Assembly: GCA_046313635.1 (NCBI GenBank)
Contig: JBKBYA010000005.1
Span: 1 to 61,472, forward strand
DNA from: Pyrinomonadaceae bacterium
GTDB lineage: Bacteria; Acidobacteriota; Blastocatellia; Pyrinomonadales; Pyrinomonadaceae
Direction of reading: 5' to 3'
Length of the DNA stretch: 61,472 nt
The notes under the pieces are model-generated. The model ran no database searches. It saw only the letters and a program-made list of their open reading frames with translations, and was not told the origin of the DNA. Below, piece by piece: positions 18,305-26,152 of this stretch; position 1 is the first letter of the stretch, and each line of letters begins with the position of its first letter. The position numbers and the translations under genes were made by a program.

Positions 18305-20173
18305 TTAGGACGATGCGGTGATCAGACCGACGATCGGGCCGGCTGCCGACGTGTCGCCGACACCGTACGCGCAGTTGATGTCGAATCGTGACGTCGCGCG
18401 GAGCAGCAGGGCGTCCTTCTTGAAGTAGGTCGAATCGTCGATCGCGATCGTGATCCTGCGCCGATCGCCGAGGCGGGCCCCGAGCGTCAGGTCGCCGAAC
18501 AACGCGCAGACCTGGCTATTGGCCTCTGTTGTGGGAAGGACCTGCGAGAAGACGACCGGGTAGCCGAGGAACTTCTGATTACGTGCGTCCTCTACTTCCG
18601 AGGCGGTACTATTCGCGTTTGTGAGCAGCAGCTTGACCATCACGTTCCAGTAGAACCGGCGGCTGACGTACCATTTGGCCGCGCCGGTGTCGGCGTACTC
18701 TGGCAGCCGTCCCACCACGCCCTCGAAATCGGCGAGCGTAAGCTCGCTGTACGCATTGCCGGATCCGACCTGCAGACCGGCGATGTTTGCCGGATTGGCG
18801 TCGATGCTCTTCAACGCTTCACGTAAACCGGTGATGCCGCCAAAGGCCGACGTCGCGTCACCATTAAAACCGCAGAGATCTTCCTTCTTGGCGAAGGCGC
18901 GGGCGCACTGCTCGGCCAGAAGGTCGCCGATCGAGACGGCGGAATCCTCGTTTACCTCGCTCGAGAACGGGACAAGCACCATGTGCTTTTTTGCCGTCAG
19001 GCTGATCATCCCGATATCGAGATCGCTCTCGGATCCTTCCTGCATCTCGGCGACGAACTGTGAGTTGAGCTCGCCGGCGATGGCCGGGTCGCTTCGGGTT
19101 TCGCTTGCCATGGGAATGACCCGGGCATTCTGACGGAATACGCCGTACCGCTCGACAAGGTCAACGAGATCGTTGCCGAATTCTTCAGGCACAAGGAAGC
19201 CACCCTTCTCGTTCACGCTTTCAACCTGCGCACGCGAAAGCATGAGACCGTTCTGGACGCACCAGGCACGGGCCGCCATATTGCCGAGCGGACCGCCGAG
19301 CAGCCATTGGCCGAAACGGTACGCTCGGCGTTCAGCGTCGGGACCTTCGAAACTCCGGACCTTACCGTGCCGCGGTATGCTGTGCGCCGGCTCGTAAATC
19401 CCTCCCTGGCGAAACGCTTCCTCTTCCGCGGACAAACGGGGCATGGCGGCCGGCGGCCTGCCGGCGTCCCTGGAACGCAGCGCGGCAAAAAATCCGTCTT
19501 TCGACGGCTCGACGCCGGCACCGACAGCTCGCAGCAAATAGTCCGATGCGAACGCTGATTCGTTCAGCACCTGCCCCCACTGGCGGACTTCGTCGGCAGC
19601 TGCCAGATCGCCGGTTAGTTCGGTTACGTTGTTATTCTCTTTTGACATTCTTTCTCCTTCCTTTGAGCGTCCGACGCCGACGGCGATATCGGCGGGCACG
19701 CTGACGATTGATATTTCGAACGGCTCCCATGCGTCCGAGCGATACGTCGGAAGTTCGCCCTTGCTCTCATCGATGAGCTCGAGATTATGGATCAGGAATC
19801 CCACGCTGACATTTTTTCGGATGCCGTTCTTGACGTCGCGAAAGATCTCTTCGCCGCGCGTCGAGTCGCTGAAGCGCACCGTCGCCCGGGCGAAGCCGTC
19901 TCGGCCGACAGAGTGGCTCTCGACGACTCCAACCTGGTCGCGACGGTCGTGCTCGACGAGAAGCGGCGCTCCCGATCGCAGCCGTTCGTCGCGCATGGCT
20001 CCGGGCTTCATCGACAGCTCCAATTTCCCGAACCAATGCTCGATCGGTTTGTTAGACGCAAAAGCAAGATCGACGGTCCTTTTCGACTCGTCGATCGCTC
20101 CGCGGCTGATCGCGAATGTCCGATGAATCGGCGATTGTCGGAGTTTTTGAAGAATTTCGGACTTGGTAGCCAT
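18305..20173 (-). CDS. HK97-type prohead protease - major capsid protein fusion
   Basis: N-terminal protease motifs (LLVEHD, NVSVGF, EISIVSVPAD); C-terminal capsid motifs (GGFLVPEEF, FSSEVNEDS, EDLCGFNGD, FLGYPVVFS, LFGD). Confidence 0.9.
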   Translation of the reverse strand: MATKSEILQKLRQSPIHRTFAISRGAIDESKRTVDLAFASNKPIEHWFGKLELSMKPGAMRDERLRSGAPLLVEHDRRDQVGVVESHSVGRDGFARATVRFSDSTRGEEIFRDVKNGIRKNVSVGFLIHNLELIDESKGELPTYRSDAWEPFEISIVSVPADIAVGVGRSKEGERMSKENNNVTELTGDLAAADEVRQWGQVLNESAFASDYLLRAVGAGVEPSKDGFFAALRSRDAGRPPAAMPRLSAEEEAFRQGGIYEPAHSIPRHGKVRSFEGPDAERRAYRFGQWLLGGPLGNMAARAWCVQNGLMLSRAQVESVNEKGGFLVPEEFGNDLVDLVERYGVFRQNARVIPMASETRSDPAIAGELNSQFVAEMQEGSESDLDIGMISLTAKKHMVLVPFSSEVNEDSAVSIGDLLAEQCARAFAKKEDLCGFNGDATSAFGGITGLREALKSIDANPANIAGLQVGSGNAYSELTLADFEGVVGRLPEYADTGAAKWYVSRRFYWNVMVKLLLTNANSTASEVEDARNQKFLGYPVVFSQVLPTTEANSQVCALFGDLTLGARLGDRRRITIAIDDSTYFKKDALLLRATSRFDINCAYGVGDTSAAGPIVGLITASS

Positions 20174-20181
20174 AGCGAATG

Positions 20182-20619
20182 CTAGTTTGCCGGAGTGTTT
20201 TCGAGGTTTTGAACCGGCTCACCAAAACCTTCGGCGGTCGACCTGGTAACTACTGTGTAAAGCCTATACGGCCGCCCACCCTGCCGGCCGGCAGCCGGCA
20301 CGCGTCGCTCTGCAACAAAACCGCCCGTGACGAGTTCGCCGAGCAGTTCGCGAAGATCCCAGCCTGTGAAATCGAGATATTCCTGCAACTCGTCGAAGCG
20401 TTGATAACCGTTGACGATCGCATTTAGTACCATTTGCATTTTCTGAGGCTTCAACGCACCGTAAGCGACCTTCAGCCGATTTCCCGCCACGCGCAGGATC
20501 TTCCGGGCTGGATCGCCTGTAGGGAATCGATCAGCTATCCGATCGAGCTCGCGGACTGCCCGCAAGGCCTCAGCCCGTAGATCGTCGAATTCGCTTGATG
20601 ATGAATTAGCGTTTTTCAC
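20182..20619 (-). CDS. Winged-helix DNA-binding protein
   Basis: C-terminal FDELQEYLDFTGWDLRELLGELVTGGFVAERR...GGRPYRLY resembles a wHTH with GRP wing; GTG start. Confidence 0.6.
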   Translation of the reverse strand: MKNANSSSSEFDDLRAEALRAVRELDRIADRFPTGDPARKILRVAGNRLKVAYGALKPQKMQMVLNAIVNGYQRFDELQEYLDFTGWDLRELLGELVTGGFVAERRVPAAGRQGGRPYRLYTVVTRSTAEGFGEPVQNLENTPAN

Positions 20620-20693
20620 AAACGTTACTGACTAAATGAGGAGTCGCGAGATACCTCCGGCTTCGGCCCCCTAGAAAGAACCTACGAAATCCG

Positions 20694-21203
20694 TTACTCG
20701 TAATAGCCCTGCCCTTGAAGCGTTGCGACGTTCGGATCCCAATCTCCCGAAAACGTGAGGTGCCTGATGATCAGCCGGCTGTGGAAACACCTCTGACAGA
20801 TCTGGTGAATGTGCCTTATGACCACGGGCTCGGTCTGGAAAAGGCTGTTGAACAGCAGCTTTTTCGGCAGCTCGGTCTTGAAGCCGCAACAGCGTGTGAC
20901 TCCGAAGCTCAGATCTCTTATCACCCGTCTGGTCGCTTTGGTGCCCGCTCCCGGCTCATTTGACGGCCTTACTCGCCGCAGCCCAAATAGAGCCCGATAG
21001 TTCGCGAGCGCGACCCGACGATGAAAGCAGCTCGGGCAAAGGCCGCCGATGTCGCGAAGGGTCTTAACCTTCTCGCGCGTCGTGTCGCCGCCAAACTGCA
21101 TCGCAGGCGGAATGACGGAATTGAAGCCGCAGTGATTGTTGACCTCTGCCGCCAGTTCGGCGGCCGACGCTTCGATGTCTTTGAGTTTGTCCGGCATGAT
21201 CAA
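20694..21203 (-). CDS. Hypothetical Cys-rich (putative Zn-binding) protein
   Basis: CPSC, CC and CQRC motifs; ATGA overlap with the upstream ORF. Confidence 0.55.
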   Translation of the reverse strand: MIMPDKLKDIEASAAELAAEVNNHCGFNSVIPPAMQFGGDTTREKVKTLRDIGGLCPSCFHRRVALANYRALFGLRRVRPSNEPGAGTKATRRVIRDLSFGVTRCCGFKTELPKKLLFNSLFQTEPVVIRHIHQICQRCFHSRLIIRHLTFSGDWDPNVATLQGQGYYE

Positions 21204-21496
21204 AACTCCATCAGTTTGTCCCAGTCGACCTGGTTAAGCTCGTCCTCCTGCAAATTGGCGAGCATCGGGTCACGCGGCTTATCCCGAGGACCGAGGCCTG
21301 CGGCTTTCCGCATCATGTTTTCGTAGTTGAATGCCGTTCGCCGGCTGATCTCTTCAATGCTCGTAAGCAGCGTGTCGGGTTCGGCGCCGTTCTTCTCGAG
21401 AAAGAGCGTGAGCATGAACATCACAACGACCTGAGACGCGCGGATCTCGGCGAGCTGCTCGAATATGAGTTCTTGGTATTTGTCAGACATGATCAA
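21200..21496 (-). CDS. Hypothetical protein (98 aa)
   Basis: Coupled on both sides by 4-nt overlaps. Confidence 0.6.
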   Translation of the reverse strand: MIMSDKYQELIFEQLAEIRASQVVVMFMLTLFLEKNGAEPDTLLTSIEEISRRTAFNYENMMRKAAGLGPRDKPRDPMLANLQEDELNQVDWDKLMEF

Positions 21497-22080
21497 TTCA
21501 CTGGATTGCAGTCGGGACAGGGATCGAAACCGAGCGGGCGCCGGCGATAGATCTGGCCGCTGCCGTTACAGCGATCACACTTGACCGCCGCGGCGCCGCC
21601 CGAGCGGAGCGAGGGTGTCTGGTTAGCTGTTTGGTTTAGTGTCTGGTCTACGGGCTGGTTATTCCTTATATGCTCACTATCAGAATTGATAGTTGAACTA
21701 TCAGCGGTGATAGTGGGGCTATCAGAATTGATAGTTGAACTATCATTTTGGACTTCCGTTTTTAGCATACGAACGACCCAATCACTATCAGATTTGATAG
21801 TTTCAAAACCCCGCACCGGCACCAAAAAGTTGTTATCCAACTCGACGACCCACTCCTTGTCAAGCAGCTCGCGCCGGGCCCGAAAATACGTCGGTTCGGT
21901 GAGCCCGTCCATACGCGCTTCGGCCTTGCCGAACGAGACCCAGTAGCCACCGGTCTTCTTGCTTCGCATCGAGCAGATCACGCAGTAAAGACGGAACGCA
22001 GCCGGCGATAATTCACCGCTGGTCTTGATGGCATTGTCGGGAACAAACGCCATTAAGCGATCGGCCTCCTGCATTGACAT
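21493..22080 (-). CDS. Putative replication initiator (N-terminal wHTH, internal iteron repeats, C-terminal Zn finger)
   Basis: LSPAAFRLYCVI...TYFRARRELLDKEWV HTH-like region; DSSTINS peptide repeats; CDRCNGSG...CPDC. Confidence 0.65.
   Translation of the reverse strand: MSMQEADRLMAFVPDNAIKTSGELSPAAFRLYCVICSMRSKKTGGYWVSFGKAEARMDGLTEPTYFRARRELLDKEWVVELDNNFLVPVRGFETIKSDSDWVVRMLKTEVQNDSSTINSDSPTITADSSTINSDSEHIRNNQPVDQTLNQTANQTPSLRSGGAAAVKCDRCNGSGQIYRRRPLGFDPCPDCNPVN
21677..21800. repeat. Palindromic iteron-like repeats CTATCA-N4-TGATAG (candidate origin)
   Basis: Full copies at 21677, 21698 and 21719 (21-bp period) and at 21785; half copy at 21740. Confidence 0.8.
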
Positions 22081-22184
22081 TCGGTGTAGAATGGGTGCAT
22101 ACGTGACGCCGGCTGCTCCGGCGAACGCGGATCAGGATCTCGACTCGCGGCCGCTTGACAGTGCTCGGCTAAGGGTCGAGATCT

Positions 22185-22382
22185 TTAGTTTTTGGCTGCG
22201 GCCTTCGCGTTGACGACATTGCGCTGTAGAAAGGCGTCTATGTCGACTTGCTTGAACAAGACGGTTCGGCCGAGCCGGATGTAAGTGATCTCGCCGGCCT
22301 TCATTCGCTCGTAAAGCCAGACGCGCGACTTTCTCAAAAGCCCGCAAACCTGTTTGATCGTTAAAAGCTCTTCTTGACTCAT
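22185..22382 (-). CDS. Excisionase/AlpA-like HTH protein (65 aa)
   Basis: MSQEELLTIKQVCGLLRKSRVWLYERMKAGEITYIRLGRTVLFKQVDIDAFL, an HTH_17-type pattern. Confidence 0.85.
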   Translation of the reverse strand: MSQEELLTIKQVCGLLRKSRVWLYERMKAGEITYIRLGRTVLFKQVDIDAFLQRNVVNAKAAAKN

Positions 22383-22440
22383 ACTTGTGATTTGCTCTCC
22401 AGCGTCAGTTTCCTCAAACTTCGTGACAATTGAATTCGAG

Positions 22441-22763
22441 GGGGCCACAATTAACGCCCTTTCATTCAGTGTCGGTATTCTTGGCGGGAATTTTGTTCGT
22501 GGGGGGAAAAAACAGTTAAGGAAGCAACGCAACCAACAAATGGCATAAGCAGCTATAAATAAAGGCTTTACTCGACGCTTGGCGGGAATTGCTTGCCGCT
22601 CGCCATGCCCAGGGCTGACGGGTTAGATTGGGAATAATTTGCGGGGGGCACAATTGCAAAAGGCCTGTATTTACGGGCTTTCGGCAGGTCTCGGGCGGAT
22701 CTTGCCAGGGTCGAATTTAAATTTCTGGGGGGAAAAAAGAAAAGCCCGTATTTACGGGCTTTC
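22441..22763. promoter_or_regulatory. AT-richer control region with several paired repeats
   Basis: CTTGGCGGGAATT x2 (22480, 22578); TGGGGGGAAAAAA x2 (22500, 22726); GTATTTACGGGCTTTC x2 (22667, 22748); palindrome AAAGCCCGTA-TT-TACGGGCTTT (22741-22762). Confidence 0.6.
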
Positions 22764-22811
22764 AAGCGAAAATAACGGCTAAAAAGAGGCTTATTTAATC
22801 TTCCCAAATAA

Positions 22812-23150
22812 TTAATTCGCCCGGTAGGATCGCTCCAGGCCTATAACCACACCGGTCACGTCGCCTTGACCGACGGACCTTCTCTCAGCCAGGACTTCAT
22901 AATCGACGACTACCAAAGCCGTCTCGGCGATCGTCTCGTTGGCCTTGGACCTCGAGCAGATGAGTAGGTCGCCTTTTCGAAGCCCAAAGGCCGTGGAGTC
23001 CTTCGCAACTTCGACAGCAAACGCATCTTCGGCCTTCACGCCCTCAGGAAGATGGATAGTGCGCCCCTCGCCCGCCGGCTGCCTGCCGACCACGAACTCC
23101 TGAAAGTCGATCACGTTATCGGCCTTCATGTTGTCACGTTTTTTGTTCAT
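22812..23150 (-). CDS. Stand-alone S24/LexA-CTD-like domain protein lacking an HTH (112 aa)
   Basis: AFAVEVAKDST...LRKGDLLIC...VTGVVIG resembles FALRVxGDSM...GDLVVV...IxGVV; ATG overlaps the integrase TGA. Confidence 0.55.
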   Translation of the reverse strand: MNKKRDNMKADNVIDFQEFVVGRQPAGEGRTIHLPEGVKAEDAFAVEVAKDSTAFGLRKGDLLICSRSKANETIAETALVVVDYEVLAERRSVGQGDVTGVVIGLERSYRAN

Positions 23151-24358
23151 CAGTTTATCGACTCCGTTTCTAAGATCCTTCCCCTTTCCTCGTTCGCCTC
23201 GTTGATCCTTGCCGCGACGCTCTGGACAATGTCGACGTCGGTCGCGACGTAATGCTTTACCGTTGTCTCGAGCCGGGCATGTCCAGCGATCTTGCCGGCA
23301 ACCGCGAGCGGGACCTGTCGCAGATTCATCCGGGTGATCGCCGTCCGGCGCAGATCGTGAAAGCGAAGGTCCTGGACGCCGGCAAGCCTCTTGGTTGTGG
23401 ACCAAGATCGCTTAAAGCCGGCGATCGAAAAGACGTCGCCCTTGCCACCGAACGACGGCAGCTGCCGCAGCTCGGCCGCGGCGCGGTCGCTGAGCGGCAC
23501 CATACGCTCGCGCTCGGTCTTTGTGTGGCTCGAGACGACGCGGATCAGCCCACGGTCCAGGTCGATATCTTCCCAGCGGAGCTTCAAGATCTCACCCTTA
23601 CGCATCGCCGAGTCCAGGGCGAGCAGAATGATGGCTTTGAGGTACGGGCTCTCGCGCGGGACGTCGTCGCCGTCCGATCGACGGTTGAACTTTTTTCTCT
23701 CGGCGAAGGTGATCAGCAGGGCCTCTTCGGCGTCGGTCAGTGTCCGCGACCGCTCGAGCTCGGCGCCGGCGTCAATCACCTTCGCGCCGGCGAAGATATC
23801 TTTCGTGACCCAGCCCTCGGCGAAGGCGAACTTCATGATCCGGCGCATCGTGGCGAGCTCGCGATTGATCGTCGACAGACTGATCGATATCGTCTCGTCG
23901 CGCTCCTTCCAATTCCCGCGCCTCGAGCCTCGATCGAACCGCCATTTCTTGTAAGCCTTGAGATCTGCAGCGGTGACCCGACCGATTCGCTTTTTGCCGA
24001 AGTACTCAACGAGCGTATTTATGAACCCGTGTGTCGTCTTAACCGACTTCACGCCGTCGACCTTGCGGCCGGCGAGAATGACGGCCTCTTTGTAGAACGT
24101 CGCCTTGCACTTCGTCGCTAGGTCCGCGAACGTCATCTTATCGCCGACGATCACGCTGCCCAGCGTCTGGCGGATCTTCGCCTCGAGCTCGGGCCTGGCG
24201 TCGACAGCGGCCTCACGCTTTTCGAAATAGCGCTCGACCCGCTTCGCCGCGTCGCTTTGTGGGTCGATGTACTCGAGCCGAAGCACCCATAGCTTCTTAC
24301 GTGTTGAATTACTTCCGCCCCGCTTTCCGCGTTTGAAGATCCGGTGCTTGATTTCCAT
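23150..24358 (-). CDS. Tyrosine recombinase/integrase
   Basis: MRKGEILKLRW, TKT, FHDLRRT, GH and terminal HY: complete catalytic set. Confidence 0.95.
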   Translation of the reverse strand: MEIKHRIFKRGKRGGSNSTRKKLWVLRLEYIDPQSDAAKRVERYFEKREAAVDARPELEAKIRQTLGSVIVGDKMTFADLATKCKATFYKEAVILAGRKVDGVKSVKTTHGFINTLVEYFGKKRIGRVTAADLKAYKKWRFDRGSRRGNWKERDETISISLSTINRELATMRRIMKFAFAEGWVTKDIFAGAKVIDAGAELERSRTLTDAEEALLITFAERKKFNRRSDGDDVPRESPYLKAIILLALDSAMRKGEILKLRWEDIDLDRGLIRVVSSHTKTERERMVPLSDRAAAELRQLPSFGGKGDVFSIAGFKRSWSTTKRLAGVQDLRFHDLRRTAITRMNLRQVPLAVAGKIAGHARLETTVKHYVATDVDIVQSVAARINEANEERGRILETESIN

Positions 24359-24414
24359 TTATCGCCGAGGCCTCCGGGTGTCTGATTTACTGCTCCGACC
24401 ATCTGATCCTTCTC

Positions 24415-24443
24415 AGACACCTAAATTGACACCGCAGACACCT
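24415..24443. promoter_or_regulatory. Putative integrase arm-type sites (right arm)
   Basis: AGACACCT-AAATT-GACACC-GC-AGACACCT (three GACACC copies). Confidence 0.65.
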
Positions 24444-24561
24444 TAACACAACGGTTTCGAGTTGAACAAACTGTTTCGCGGCCGAACGTACCGAACGTTA
24501 ATGTTTTCCGCACTAGAAATAGGACGAGGTAAGTTTTTATTGGTCGACAAAAGAGGCGGGC

Positions 24562-24613
24562 CGTCTGACTTCGGATCAGAAGGTCGCAGGTTTGAGTCCT
24601 GCAGGGTGTACCA
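24562..24613 (+). repeat. att core, right copy (displaced tRNA-Arg 3' fragment)
   Basis: Identical 52 bp to 14192-14243; followed by a GC hairpin and T-rich tract (about 24627-24660). Confidence 0.97.
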
Positions 24614-24658
24614 GATCAAAAACGAACGGCCGGGCAGTGACGTCCGGTCGTTTTGCGT

Positions 24659-26152
24659 TTAGGCGGTCTCGTGTTCGACGCTTCGCGGCGCCATTTCGCT
24701 TCGCCGCTTGAATTCGAGCGTGCCGTCCTTAATGCGGCCGAATCGCAGCATCAGCAGATCTCGAACGTAGTTCTGATAGAGCCGCCAAGGCGGTTTTGAG
24801 CCCTGCGACGGGAGCTCGTCGAGCGCGCGCAGGACGTAGCCCGAATTAAAGTCGAGCACAGGCTCACGCCGTATCGTCGGGTCGTTGACACGCGGCGTGC
24901 AGATCTCGTATTTGCCGCGGTCCATTTCGGCGAGTATGCGGCAGACGTATTCGGAAGTGAGGTCGCACTTGAGCGTCCAAGACGCGTTGGTGTAGCCAAA
25001 GGCCTGCGCGAGATTGGGAACGTCGCTGTACATCATTCCCTTGTAAGCGAGTTTCTGCGAAAGATCGACCGCCCTGCCGTCGACGACTAGCGTGAGACCC
25101 TCGAGCAATTTGAGCCGAAGTCCCGTCGCGGTAACAACGACGTCGGCCGCGATCTCCGCTCCGGACTCGAGCACTATGCCGCCCGCGCGAAAGCGCTCGA
25201 TATGGCCCGTCACGATCGACGCTCGGCCCATACGGATGGCTCCAAAGAGGTCCGCGTCGGGCACGAGACACAGCCGCTGGTCCCAGGGGTTGTACGGCGG
25301 CGAAAAGTCGGCCGGATCGACGCTCTCGCCGAGATGGCGCCGCACGCCGCGGGCGATAAGGCGCTTGACGATGTCGGGACGCTTTCGCGAGAGCTCGTAA
25401 AAGGCCATCCCGACCAGAACGTTCTTCCACCGCGTCAGCATGTATGCGGCACGCGAGGGCAAGACGCGGCGGAGCAGGTTTGCGATCTTGTCGTGCCGGG
25501 GCCGGGCGACGATGTAGGTCGGCGTGCGTTGGAGCATCGTGACGTGCCTTGCACTCTCGGCAAGCGCGGGCACAAGCGTGACGGCCGTGGCTCCGCTGCC
25601 GATGACGACGATGCGCTTGCCCGACGGGTCGAGGTCCGCGGGCCAGAACTGAGGATGGATGACCGGCCCGGCAAAGTCTGACATTCCCGGCCACTCCGGC
25701 GTGTAGCCGCTCTCGTATGCGTAATAGCCGGTGCAGAGGTATAGGAATTTGCAGCTGACGTCCTTGACGCCCTCGGGCGTATCGACCTCGAGCGTCCACG
25801 CCGCGTCGCTGCTCGACCACTCCGCTCGGCGTGCGCGGTGGCGGTAGAGTATGCGATCTTCGATCTTGTACTCCTCGGCCGTCTCGCGGATGTATCGAAG
25901 TATCGCAGGCCCGTCGGCGATCGCCTGCGCATCGCTCCACGGGCGAAAGCGATAGCCGAGCGTGTACATATCCGAATCCGAGCGAACGCCCGGATAGCGA
26001 AAGAGGTCCCAGGTCCCGCCCATCCGCTCGCGGCCCTCGAGGATCACAAAACTCTTTTCAGGACGCCGCTCGATCAGATGACATGCCGCGCCGATGCCGG
26101 AGAGGCCGGCGCCCACGATCACGACATCGACGCTGAGAGATCGGCCCGTCAT
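24659..26152 (-). CDS. Flavin-containing monooxygenase, EthA/BVMO-like
   Basis: GAGLSG, GGTWDLFRYPGVRSDSD, FAGPVIHPQFWP, GSGATA and GYTNASWTLK. Confidence 0.92.
   Translation of the reverse strand: MTGRSLSVDVVIVGAGLSGIGAACHLIERRPEKSFVILEGRERMGGTWDLFRYPGVRSDSDMYTLGYRFRPWSDAQAIADGPAILRYIRETAEEYKIEDRILYRHRARRAEWSSSDAAWTLEVDTPEGVKDVSCKFLYLCTGYYAYESGYTPEWPGMSDFAGPVIHPQFWPADLDPSGKRIVVIGSGATAVTLVPALAESARHVTMLQRTPTYIVARPRHDKIANLLRRVLPSRAAYMLTRWKNVLVGMAFYELSRKRPDIVKRLIARGVRRHLGESVDPADFSPPYNPWDQRLCLVPDADLFGAIRMGRASIVTGHIERFRAGGIVLESGAEIAADVVVTATGLRLKLLEGLTLVVDGRAVDLSQKLAYKGMMYSDVPNLAQAFGYTNASWTLKCDLTSEYVCRILAEMDRGKYEICTPRVNDPTIRREPVLDFNSGYVLRALDELPSQGSKPPWRLYQNYVRDLLMLRFGRIKDGTLEFKRRSEMAPRSVEHETA

Larger units (their letters stand above)
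14192..24613 (-). mobile_element. tRNA-Arg-integrated phage-satellite-like element (10,370 bp between att cores)
   Basis: Perfect 52-bp direct repeats and a tyrosine integrase next to one att. All genes lie on the minus strand, including Xis, Rep, capsid, TAC and TMP. Confidence 0.9.

Noticed and set aside
21698..21713. Lambda operator-like TATCAGCGGTGATA
   Set aside because: It is one member of the in-gene CTATCA-N4-TGATAG series; the resemblance is probably coincidental.
14192..24613. Complete prophage or gene transfer agent
   Set aside because: Only 10.4 kb with no recognisable portal, terminase, tail tube, baseplate or lysis genes; it has an integrase, att sites and a rep module, unlike GTAs. 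A deleted prophage cannot be fully excluded.
24562..24613. Second tRNA-Arg gene
   Set aside because: Lacks the 5' acceptor strand and D arm; it is the att duplicate.
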